A stretch of DNA of 40,625 nucleotides, from assembly GCF_001194135.2 (NCBI RefSeq), contig NC_068987.1, forward strand, positions 87,414,027-87,454,651, given 5' to 3'. Positions within the stretch are counted from its first letter, which is position 1; every line of letters begins with the position of its first letter. The notes below the pieces were generated by a model that searched no databases, was not told where the DNA came from, and saw nothing but the letters and a program-made list of their open reading frames with translations. Positions 24,078 through 34,613 of this stretch are shown piece by piece. The translations under genes and the position numbers were made by a program. This stretch comes from Octopus bimaculoides. Lineage: Eukaryota.

Positions 24078-26405
24078 CAAATGAAAATATTTTTATTCAC
24101 ATCATGAAAGACTGTTTTATTCAATTTTTTCTCTTGCATCAGAGACGACGTATTCTCGCCTGAGCATGTGGCTGCTTACGTGTACGCACCTTTGACAAAG
24201 CTAAAATGCATGTGGTGTTCTTGTTGGCTGATGCTGGAACAAATTTCTATCTACTGCTAATATTTTTTGTAATTTTAACACAACACATCCGTAAGAGGTG
24301 TTATCTCAGGAAGACACTGATATAACTGGCCTATCAACAGTGTATATTCATTAAGTAATATACATAGATGATTATTTTAATTAAATAATGCCTCGAATGC
24401 ATATACCGAATTTCTGTTCAACTAGACAGATATTCGCAACATCAGCGAATGTTTTTTGTTCACGTTTTCTTATATCAGAGTCAACGAATTCTCGTCCGAG
24501 CTCGTGACTGGCTGTGAGAACACGTCATTGAAAAAATTCTAAAAGACTGAAATGCATCTGATCTCACTGGCCGCTGCTAGGACGATTTTTTTTCGTCCTC
24601 TGATATTTATCGTGTTTTTAAAACATCACATCTATAGGAAATGTTATCTGAAGTCAAATGCTGCAGTATGTGGCCTATGTGTATACATTCAATATAATAC
24701 ACAAATGGCTATAAACATATTTCATTTTGGACTACGTTGTTTGATGTATCTTTCATTTACTAACCCTCTGCCTGTCCTGTGTTACATGCGATACTCTAGG
24801 CATATTTTCTTGGCGTCCATGTATCAAATATGATACACATTCCCAATTTTCTCCAACCATCAGAATAACTTATAACTTAGAAGAGGAAGGCTTTTTATTA
24901 CCGAGAATATAATGAAAACATGGCAAACTAAAAGTCTGTAAATAGACATGGGAATTTAGGACACGTTTATTGAAATGTTTTGAATAGGCAAATGGTCAAG
25001 AATGTTGAGAGCTGATTTGAGAGAGATTTGGCTGCAATTTCTAGCAGATTGAAAGACTGCCGGTATATTTTCTCGCCGGCTTGTCTGTTATCGGGTTGTA
25101 AGACAATGCCTGTCTTACGGCAAGAATCTGGCTTTTCATCTGAATAGCGGCTAATTGTGGAATAGCATGACGATTCTTATTGCAGCCACAGGAGTAACTG
25201 AAGCAATAAGTTTAAATAATCGTATTAATCAAGGTTCCATTAGAAATAACTTAAACGATTTTTCCATGGTGTTTCGGATTCATGTTTGACTAATAACAAA
25301 CAATAGAAATTCAGAAAGATGCTGTTGAGTAATGGGAATATAAATATAAATTTAAGAAGATTGTATTTCTAATTGAAGAAGTATTGCAGCTTCAATGTAG
25401 AAGAAAGCCAAAGAAGGAAATGGGAGGAAAAAGCAATAGAAAAGGAAAACAAAAGAGAATTACAGAGAAAAGGGGAGGAGTGAGAGAGACAATGAGGGAA
25501 TGAGTGAGTGAGAGAAGTGGGGGTGGGGGGAGAAAGTGAAAGTAGAAGATACGGAGATTGAAATGTAAAAGTTTTGATTTAATCAATTTCACTTGATTTG
25601 ATTAAATTAAATTCTGAAATTAAAAGATCAATTATACCATGACGGACAAATAGAAGTTAAATATTCTGTACTGGTTTTGGCACGTGATTTTGATCTGAGA
25701 ATATGTGTTGTGAGTAAAAGAATTACATCACATACAATCGTAATAACTAACACATAATGGATTGAATAACTTTTAAAACACGCAACCGCACATACACACA
25801 CACACACTGTTACTATTCACTTGTATTTATTATTTAGTAAATTAAAAAAAAATAATTAAATATTAAGTTAATGCTAATATAATTAATGCAGTGCAGTATG
25901 CATAAGAAATCTAGTTAGAAATACTTTTGATGAGACAAAAAGACAGCCATTTTAGCTCAGTGGTTACAATAATACGAAGCACTAAGCTAATGATTTGGCT
26001 TCCTCAACGCATAGCTATGATGTTTACTGCATACGTATGTTACTAACCTTTCTTATTGCTTGTTGTGCTGATGGCGCCTTTAAGTAAATTACTAAGCTGG
26101 AACTTAAATAGATTATCCACAAGAAAGCTCTCTTGCTAAACTACGCTGGGGGAAAGCATTGGTAGATTTGATTTGCTTTTAGCTGATCTGAAAATGACAA
26201 ATGAAGAGACACCCAGAAAAATTTGGTTTATCCAATGTATCTCTCGGAATATCGACGGAGGGAAATGTCGCCTTTCACTTAAGTAAATTTACATCTCAGT
26301 GCTGCAGCATGTAAAGTGTAGTTACTATATTTTGTACATTAGAAACAGTATAATTCATAGAGACAAATAATAAATAATAAATAGATATATAACATATATA
26401 AGCAC

Positions 26406-27015
26406 AGGAGTGGCTGTGTGGTAAGTAGCTTGTTTACTAGCCACATGGTTTCGGGTTCAATCCCACTGCGTGGCACCTTGGACAAGTGTCTTCTACTATA
26501 ATCTCGCGCCGACCAAAGTCTTGTGAGTGGATTTGGTAGACGGAAACTGAAAGAAGCCTGTCGTATATATATATATATATATNNNNNNNNNNNNNNNNNN
26601 NNNNNNNNNNNNNNNNNNNNNNNNNNNNNNNNNNNNNNNNNNNNNNNNNNNNNNNNNNNNNNNNNNNNNNNNNNNNNNNNNNNNNNNNNNNNNNNNNNNN
26701 NNNNNNNNNNNNNNNNNNNNNNNNNNNNNNNNNNNNNNNNNNNNNNNNNNNNNNNNNNNNNNNNNNNNNNNNNNNNNNNNNNNNNNNNNNNNNNNNNNNN
26801 NNNNNNNNNNNNNNNNNNNNNNNNNNNNNNNNNNNNNNNNNNNNNNNNNNNNNNNNNNNNNNNNNNNNNNNNNNNNNNNNNCCGTAACTTAGCGGTTCGG
26901 CAAAAGAGACCCGATAGAATAAGTACTAGGCTTCCAAAGAATAAGTCTTGGGTCGGTTTGTTCAAGCAAAGGCGGTGCTCCAGCATGGCCGCAGTCAAAT
27001 GACTGAAACAAGTAA
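26406..27015 (+). mobile_element. SINE family A with internal gap
   Basis: aggagtggctgtgtggtaag head, CORE-like domain, (TA)n and N gap, tail. Confidence 0.88.
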
Positions 27016-27104
27016 AAGGATAAAAGGATATGATGGAAAGAAGTAATATAACCCAGAACTGACAATAGAAGAAATAGTATATTTATCTTCACAATCTGTC
27101 GCTG

Positions 27105-27176
27105 AGCAGAGTGGCGCAGTGGGGGCATGCTGGACCCCAAATCCAGAAGTGCGTAGATCGAAACTAATCTCTGCTC
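27105..27176 (+). tRNA. tRNA-iMet-derived gene, probably a pseudogene (anticodon now CCA)
   Basis: AGCAGAGTGGCGCAG...ATCGAAA...CTCTGCT, 72 nt. A1-U72 acceptor stem and ATCGAAA T-loop are typical of eukaryotic initiator tRNA. Mismatches in the D and T stems. T5 run at 27195-27199. Confidence 0.85.
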
Positions 27177-27315
27177 TAAAATAATTAATATTCATTTTTG
27201 ATATTATACATAGCAATGGAATTGTCTACTAATATACCAGTCATATAGACGTATGGATACCTACAAGGGTCACCAACTGACCAGAATGCACTAAAAGCCT
27301 AATGGGAAGAGACCA

Positions 27316-27476
27316 CAAAAGAGGCCGATAGAATAAGTACTAGGCTTACAAAGAATAAGTCCTGGGGTCGATTTGCTCGACTAAAAGGCGGTGCTCCAGC
27401 ATGGCCGCAGTCAAATGACTGAAACAAATAAAAGGATAAAAGGATATGATGGAAAGAAGTAATATAACCTAGAACT
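27316..27476 (+). repeat. Local duplicate of 26901-27060 (SINE A tail plus unique flank)
   Basis: Both copies continue past the SINE tail into ggataaaaggatatgatggaaagaagtaatataacc.agaact. Confidence 0.85.
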
Positions 27477-27779
27477 TATTGCTTAGCGCATACGATAACA
27501 CCGGTTTAATCAAAACCAAACGTTTGTGTAATATAAGAATATATCAGAAAAAAATAATTGTACATATATGTTTATTCAAAAGCTCATACATTCGCTTTGG
27601 CACAAAATACCAATTGTGAACCAGAAGGTTGCCTGTCATTGCTGAGTCTGGTTTCGTTTCTTGGTTATCGATGTTTCTTTTTCGGTTGAACTTCAGTGTA
27701 ATGTTTTCTTTTCTCATATATCTCATGTAACACATAGCAACGGAGAATAGATTATCTTGATGTCGATTTGTGTCAGCAT

Positions 27780-28220
27780 AAGGTGGCGAGCTTAGCAGAA
27801 TCGTTAGCGCCTCAAGCAAAATCTTTAGCAGAATATGTATCAGCATAAGGCGGTGAGCTGGCAGAAACGTTACCACACAGGGGGAAATGCTTAATGGTAT
27901 TTCGTCTGCCACTACATTCTGAGTTCAAATTCTGCCGAGGTCGACTTTGCCTTTCATCCTTTCGGGTCGATTAAATAAGTACCAGTTACGCACTGGGGAT
28001 CAATATAATCGACTTAATCCGTTTGTCTGTCCTTGTTTGTCCCCTCTATGTTTAGCCCCTTGTGGGCAATAACGAAATAAGAATATGTTCCGGTTCCTTT
28101 TGTCCTACTGTTGTCAACTTTGCCTTCCATCCCTTTGGGAGCGATAAAATAAAGGACCAGTCTAGTACTGGTCTTGATGTAATGGGTTTGTCTCCTTTCT
28201 CCTCAGACATCGCTGACCTT
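27780..28220 (+). mobile_element. Nested SINE family B: a younger copy (about 27839-28079) inside an older one
   Basis: Older head at 27780-27838, older central domain resumes near 28100. Candidate TSD agaatatgt at 27830-27838 and 28080-28088. Confidence 0.75.
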
Positions 28221-28399
28221 GAATCCTGCAACGAACCAGCATCTTGTTCAAGGGGAATATAGTGATCTCGCTCACTTACATGTCATCGAAACCGGCCAAC
28301 CGGTCTTATGAGAGTCCTAGGGTTCTGGAAAAATAAAAAGGAAGAAGTATAAAGATAAATGGTATATTCATTCCGAACACTTTCTGAAAAAAATAGGTT

Positions 28400-28920
28400 T
28401 AGTTGCTTGATCTTTCGAATTCAACAAATTATTTCTTCACCTGTCTCTGTCGTGAACAATTGATTACTGCCGATTGGTGATCGACATTCCTCGATCAATC
28501 ATTGCTTCTTGATCTTTTCTCACCAATCACTTGTTACTCGGTCTTTTGTAATAAACTAATTACTTCGTAATCTTTCGTGATCAGACAATTGTTGTTGTTT
28601 GATCTCTCATAATGAACCAATTACCGTTTGATATTTTTGTAATCACCCAAAAACACTTTGACCTGTTGTAATCTACTAATTGTTATTTAATGTATCTTTA
28701 GTGTTCGATCAAGTTCTGTTCGAACTTTCGTTATCAGATAATTATTTCGTGATTTCTCGGGGTAAGCCAATTGGCTTATCCCGTACATTGGCAATAAGCG
28801 AATTGGCATCATTCATGGTCAGCAAATTATTGAGCTGTAACTGATCAAACAATTGTTCCTTCACCTATCGTGATAAACTAATTGCATATTGATCTTTAAC
28901 GATCAGTCAAATGCCGTTCG
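28400..28920. repeat. Highly degenerate ~29-33 nt tandem array (about 17 units)
   Basis: Recurring tTGATCTtt..gATCA..cAATTg. GATC-equivalent anchors at 28511, 28540, 28569, 28601, 28630, 28660, 28693, 28722, 28751. Confidence 0.7.
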
Positions 28921-29348
28921 ATGTTTGTAGGAGTGAGAAATAACCACCTAGGTTGACTTAGCGGCATGATTGGTATTGATTTCATCAACTCTGCAGAAAT
29001 AAAATAAACCTTAGAGGAATTTGGCACCAGAGTAAAATCTTGATTTCTCCCATAGAAGAAAGGCTACAAATACTGGTTGATTGTACGATCGATTACATTG
29101 ATACTGATCAATAACTGGCAATAATTTTACCGATTCTGGTGAAATAGAAGTCAAATCCACCCCAGTGGAATTTGATATTAGAGTGTAAGGGAATGTGAGT
29201 AAATATGGCAAAGCCTTTTGTTTCAGGATCTATCTTTACTGCTACACATTTTTGTCTGCCAAGCAAATAGTCTGCTTCTTACAGTTTCTACTTTCAATCT
29301 TTACACACTTTATACAACATTTCGACATCGGTTTGGAGTCAGCTAATC

Positions 29349-29678
29349 CAGTGCTTCTGAAACTATCTGACGTGGCATACCGGCAGTTTTTTTCCCCAGT
29401 GTACCTAGGACCGCTAATATTTCTCAGTAATATCAATTTAACCCGGAAACAGTATATATAATGGATATGATAAAAGTTGACAATTTTTCTTTTATCTTAT
29501 ATCTATTCTGTAAACAAATAATACAATATTGCATAAACATTTTATAATCTTAATCTTTACTAATGTGAAAGGTAAGCCGGCTTCTTCTTTGTCAGCTTAT
29601 CTGCTATTGTTTCTTTCTTGTCTGGAAACTCGCCGCGTACCGGCACCAGTGTGCGGACCACCGCTTTGAGTAGCACTG
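29349..29678. mobile_element. hAT (Charlie-like) MITE, 330 bp
   Basis: TIRs CAGTGCTTCTGAAA and, reverse-complemented, CAGTGCTACTCAAA (12/14). 8-bp TSD agctaatc (29341-29348) / agttaacc (29679-29686), differing by two transitions. Confidence 0.8.
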
Positions 29679-29699
29679 AGTTAACCGACACCAAACAAT

Positions 29700-29972
29700 A
29701 ACGTTATTTACATTTGACGGATATTTGTCCTCATTTTGTTTGTTGTTAACACAACGTTTCGGCTGATATAACCTCCAGCCTTCGTCAGGTGTCTGGGGAA
29801 ATTTCAAACCTGGGTTCTCATTCCTAAGGTATTTTTCGATGTTGTTGTTGTTGTTATTGTTGTTGTTGTTGTTGTTGTTCTTCTTCTTCTTCAGGTCACT
29901 GCCTGGAATCGAACTCGGAATCTTGGGGTTAGTAGCCCGCGCTCTTAACCACTACGCCATATACTTGTGGGC
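29700..29972 (-). mobile_element. tRNA-headed SINE-like element with Penelope-like pseudo-LTR body (family 1)
   Basis: Reverse complement: tatggcgtagtggttaagagcgcgggctactaaccccaagattccgagttcgattccaggcagtgacctgaa, then (AAG)(AAC)n, then pLTR with hammerhead motif. Confidence 0.85.
29748..29793 (-). ncRNA. Minimal type I hammerhead ribozyme motif (best preserved copy)
   Basis: gacac-CUGACGA-a-ggcug(gagguuauau)cagcc-GAAAC-GUU-guguu. Core intact, stems I and II fully paired, helix III reduced to palindromic ACGU. Confidence 0.68.
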
Positions 29973-29979
29973 ATAATAT

Positions 29980-30163
29980 TAATAATAATAACACCGAAAA
30001 TACCTTAGGAATGAGAACCCAGGTTCGAAATTTCGCCAAGACGCCTGATGAAAGCTGGAGGGTATATCAGCCAAAACATTGTGTTAACAACAAACAAGAT
30101 GAGGACAAATATCCGTCAAATGTAAATAATGTACGAAATTCCTCATCTCTTAAATATAGAACT
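29980..30163 (+). mobile_element. Penelope-like pseudo-LTR (family 1), headless, inverted relative to 29700-29972
   Basis: (AAT)n-acaccgaaaataccttaggaatgagaacccagg...CTGATGA..cagccAAAACATT (G12A, GUU changed to AUU)...cttaaatatagaactgt. Confidence 0.82.
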
Positions 30164-30317
30164 GTATTAAACAATACATTATACTTAATTTTTATCGATT
30201 CTGAAAGAAGGAAGGTGAAATCTAAAAATATTAAAGATACTTTAATCAAGCAGCCTGTTATTTATATATTCCATTTTCTACTTCCCTTTTATTCTATATC
30301 CCGCGTTCCCTATTCTT

Positions 30318-30410
30318 GGCATGGCTCCGTAGTTAAGAATATTTTCGACCACACAGTGTGAACTTCGTGTCAGTGCTTCCTGTAGCAACCTTGTGTTGAC
30401 TAATATCTTG
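30318..30410 (+). mobile_element. Old degenerate SINE family A head
   Basis: ggcatggctccgtagttaagaa...gaccacacag...gcaaccttg shows weak similarity to the family A 5' part. Confidence 0.35.
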
Positions 30411-30890
30411 TAAACCTTATTTATTAGATGGTAACTGTGCTGAAACTCGTCATACACACTAAAATGCTGTTTCATGTAACATTAGTATATTTCAAAGTGT
30501 TTTCCAAATTCCGTTAACTTTATGATTCTGTTTACGAAGTCTACATCTAGGTAATACGCCATTTTGTTTTCTTTTTACTCTCCTCTGCTACAAACAACGA
30601 ACATTTTGTAAGTAAGCTACCTTGACAAAAGCCATCCTATTTCATAGTCGACTTCATCTTCAAAATCCTATATGTGTCTATGTGTACCGCCAGAGGAAAT
30701 AGAATTAGCAAGAACCAAGATACATTACTGTTGCCTTCTTATTAAACAAAAATGGAAAAAAAAAAATTCATTGAAAGAAACTCACAGAATGTGTAAATCA
30801 ATAAACTATTTCTAGATTTCTAAATTTTACTGCACAGAAAGTTCTATATTATCCACTTTCACATTGTTTGTCCTGTTTGAAAGTTATTTA

Positions 30891-30893
<3 letters not shown>

Positions 30894-30938
<45 letters not shown>

Positions 30939-30961
30939 GTCGTCGTCGTCGTCATCATCAT
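30894..30961. repeat. (CAT)n/(CGT)n microsatellite
   Basis: Direct reading. Confidence 0.95.
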
Positions 30962-31301
30962 TTTGCTATTTTTGTTTTCGTTTACTTCGACGATGTTAAT
31001 TTCATCATAGTTTCTTGTGTTTCGAATGTCATGAAAAGAGCGTTCGGAAGATGCTTTTAATTATTTATAATTAATTAACTAATTCACAGCACACACAGCA
31101 GCAACAGAATCACCACCACAGTCAAAAGTTTCTCAAATTTAAATTGAACTGCCTACGTTGCATAATGTAATCTTTGGATCTCTGCACAGAAAAGTTGCGA
31201 TGGTCACGACTGGATAATGCCTTTGACCATAATACTTTTTAAACGCATGATCTAAACTCTAGAATTAAACATCAACTACCATCAATATCCGTTCTCCCTG
31301 T

Positions 31302-31516
31302 AGGGCGGCGAGCTAGCGGAACCGTTAGCACGCCGGGCGAAATGCTTAGCAGTATTTCGTCTGTCTTTACGTTCTGCGTTCAAATTCCGCCGAGGTCGAC
31401 TTTGCCTTTCATCCTTTTCGGGGTCGATAAAATAAATACCAATTGCGTAATGGGGTCGATCTAATCGACTGGCAACCTCCCCCAAAATTTCGGGCCTTGT
31501 GCGTAGAGTAGAAAAG
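31302..31516 (+). mobile_element. SINE family B (tail 2)
   Basis: Full head, central domain and tail ...cccccaaaatttcgggccttgtgcgtagagtagaaaag. Confidence 0.93.
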
Positions 31517-31534
31517 AATATTCATTCTACTTGT

Positions 31535-31767
31535 AGGGCAGCGAGCTGGCAGAATCATTAGCACGCCGGGCAAAATGCTTAGGGCTATTTCACCTGTCTT
31601 TATGTTCTGAGTTCAAATTCCGCCAAGGTTGACTTAGCCTTTCATCCTTTCTGAGTCGATTAAATAAGTATCAGTTACGCAGTGGAGTCGATGTAATCGT
31701 CTGAATCCTTTTGTCTGTCCTTGTTTGTCCCCTCTACGTTTAGCCCCTTGTGGGCAATAAAGAAATA
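31535..31767 (+). mobile_element. SINE family B (tail 1), in tandem with the previous copy
   Basis: Tail ...gtctgtccttgtttgtcccctctacgtttagccccttgtgggcaataaagaaata. Confidence 0.93.
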
Positions 31768-32004
31768 AATATCCATTCTACATTTTTATTATTATCTTCA
31801 CCTTCCACATACATATGACCTTTCATTTCTACCACAATGCCTTGCTTCCATTCAATCTCTACTGCTCGGAACAACACATCTGAGTGCAGCAGTTTCGGTG
31901 CTGTCAATGTGGTACGACTTACTGGCCATTCTGCCTGTTTTGGTGACAGCACATTTAGGTGCTGAAGGCAAACACATACACATGTACGCGCGCGGCGATA
32001 TACA

Positions 32005-32016
32005 GACAGAAAGAGT

Positions 32017-32083
<67 letters not shown>

Positions 32084-32410
32084 TGGGGAGGGAGAGGGAA
32101 ATACAGAGGGGGAGATTACAGTTTATTAATTGAACACAATTGGCGTAAACATTTTGCTTCCTATCAAATACATAATTGGAAATATGCTCACACACATAAA
32201 CAGGGAGCGAGAGAGAAGAGGGAGAGAGTGAAAGACAGAGAGGGGAAGTAGAGAGAGGAGGAGTGTTGGTAAAAAGTGGGATGGTAGGGTAGAAAGAGAG
32301 GGAGTGTAGGGAAAGAGGGAAGGTAGAAATAGAGAGAGGGTAGAGAGGGGGAAGAGAATAGCGAGGGGGAGGGAGAGGAAGTGGAGAGACAGAAAGAGTG
32401 AGATTAAAAG
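32005..32410. repeat. (GA)n and purine-rich low-complexity tract
   Basis: GA run followed by G/A-rich sequence. Confidence 0.8.
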
Positions 32411-32499
32411 AATGAGAGCATCATTATCACGTGGGAGACATTGAAACGTGTCATGTCAAACAAGTCAGCGTCGAATTAGTGACCCCAAATCATCAGCTA

Positions 32500-32730
32500 T
32501 GTTCCCTCTCTGTGCTCAGGGATCGCCTTGTCAAAATTTTCCAGTTCACAGTGTTGTAGTGCTGCAAGCAGGCGATCAGCCGGGATCATTCTTCCAATCC
32601 ATTATTTGATGTCGTCCGTTGACAAAGGTCATTGCTGGCCTCTTGCTCTCTTCTCTTCCACACTTCCTCCAAGAGGATCTTGGGTAGTAATTCGTTGCAT
32701 CTTGTATCTCCAAATTATGGTAAATTTGTT
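32500..32730 (-). mobile_element. RTE-like LINE 3' fragment
   Basis: Minus frames give ..GSVEEKRARGQQ*PLSTDDIK*WIG.., resembling GxVEGKRxRGRQRxxWxDDIKEWTG. Confidence 0.55.
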
Positions 32731-32916
32731 AACTTGAGTCTCGATATCAAATAAACAACACCAAAACGGCTGGGATCAGACATGTTGTACTCTCCATTAT
32801 TTCAAAAAGCCATTTATATTTACTTGAATTACTAAATCCAAAACCATCATTTTAACCCTTAAAGTTATTTATTTCTTTATTGCCTACTGGTGTGTGTGTG
32901 TGTGTGGGGGGGAGGG

Positions 32917-33098
32917 GCTAAACATAGAGGGGACAAACAAGAACAGACAAAGGGATTAAGTCGAGTACATCGACCCCAGGGCGCAACTGGTATCTATTTA
33001 ATCGACCCCGAAAGGATGAAAGGCAAAGTCGACCGCGACGGAATTTGAACTCAGAACGTAGCGGCAGACGAAATACCGCTAAGCATTTCGCCCGGCGT
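32917..33098 (-). mobile_element. SINE family B (tail 1), cut by a gap
   Basis: Reverse complement of family B body and tail 1. Confidence 0.9.
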
Positions 33099-33692
33099 NN
33101 NNNNNNNNNNNNNNNNNNNNNNNNNNNNNNNNNNNNNNNNNNNNNNNNNNNNNNNNNNNNNNNNNNNNNNNNNNNNNNNNNNNNNNNNNNNNNNNNNNNN
33201 NNNNNNNNNNNNNNNNNNNNNNNNNNNNNNNNNNNNNNNNNNNNNNNNNNNNNNNNNNNNNNNNNNNNNNNNNNNNNNNNNNNNNNNNNNNNNNNNNNNN
33301 NNNNNNNNNNNNNNNNNNNNNNNNNNNNNNNNNNNNNNNNNNNNNNNNNNNNNNNNNNNNNNNNNNNNNNNNNNNNNNNNNNNNNNNNNNNNNNNNNNNN
33401 NNNNNNNNNNNNNNNNNNNNNNNNNNNNNNNNNNNNNNNNNNNNNNNNNNNNNNNNNNNNNNNNNNNNNNNNNNNNNNNNNNNNNNNNNNNNNNNNNNNN
33501 NNNNNNNNNNNNNNNNNNNNNNNNNNNNNNNNNNNNNNAGACTGACATGCAATTGTTGAACCTGTGGAAGGTATGCTAGATGCCGAAATATCGTTCAACC
33601 AATTTCACATGATAACTATGGCACGCTCCTATGTTTTTCATTTCTGTATAACTTCTGGAGGAGTTACCTCAGTCCTATATAATCTTATTATT

Positions 33693-33693
<1 letters not shown>

Positions 33694-33750
<57 letters not shown>

Positions 33751-33790
33751 GTTTCTTTATTAACCACTAAGGGTTGAATACTCTACAGAC
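33694..33790 (-). repeat. (AAT)n tract with a short Tx1-like 3' terminus
   Basis: Reverse complement cccttagtggttaataaagaaaccattattatt matches the 3' end at 12088-12115. Confidence 0.6.
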
Positions 33791-34084
33791 AGTGGTGAAT
33801 GCTTAATTTGCTATCAGCTAGCAGAAAGTAATGAGACATTATTGGTTAACTAAATATATAACTTGTCATTCAACAGATCGCCCGGTCATATGTATTCATC
33901 TTACTCAAAACATTTGGTGTCCAATTACATTCAGTCTTTCGTTCTCTCCATTTCTGTCTCTTCCATTCACTTGCAATCTTTTCATACTCGTAGACAAACA
34001 TGTGAATGGTAATGCCATGAACAGACGTAGATGCTTAGTTATAGACGAGTGTGAGGATATGTATGTATATGTATATTTATTTAT

Positions 34085-34162
34085 CTCGCCATCTGTGTGG
34101 GTATGTGTGTCTGTGTGTGTGTGTAAATAGACAGATATATTACTGTTTATGTTTGCATGTAT

Positions 34163-34202
<40 letters not shown>

Positions 34203-34209
34203 ATATATA

Positions 34210-34245
<36 letters not shown>

Positions 34246-34390
34246 TGTATGTGTGTTTATGTGTGTTTGTGTGTGTGTGTGTGTGTGTGTATCTGTGTAT
34301 GTATGTGTGTATGTGTGTGTGTGAGTGGGTGTGTGTATACAGACTTACATATATATGTGCCAGTGTGTATGTGTGTGTGTATGTGAGTTT
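34085..34390. repeat. (TA)n/(TG)n/(TATG)n compound microsatellite
   Basis: Direct reading. Confidence 0.93.
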
Positions 34391-34568
34391 TCTAAATGCA
34401 GTCGTCTGTTGGAAAATATACTTAGAGATCTGCTTTACATTGACAGTTCAAAGGGCAAATTGGACGAACAAAATCCTCTGGTCTTTTTATATCGACTTTT
34501 ATTTAAAGATTTACACCAATATAACTCTTCTTTCACATCTTCTTTTCCTCTCCCTCTCCCTCTTTTTG

Positions 34569-34613
<45 letters not shown>

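Noticed and set aside
25030-25210. Minus-strand reading YCFSYSCGCNKNRHAIPQLAAIQMKSQILAVRQ
   Set aside because: Short, no recognisable homology, several equally weak splice options.
28400-28920. CRISPR-like array
   Set aside because: No constant repeat with unique spacers, no cas genes, eukaryotic context.
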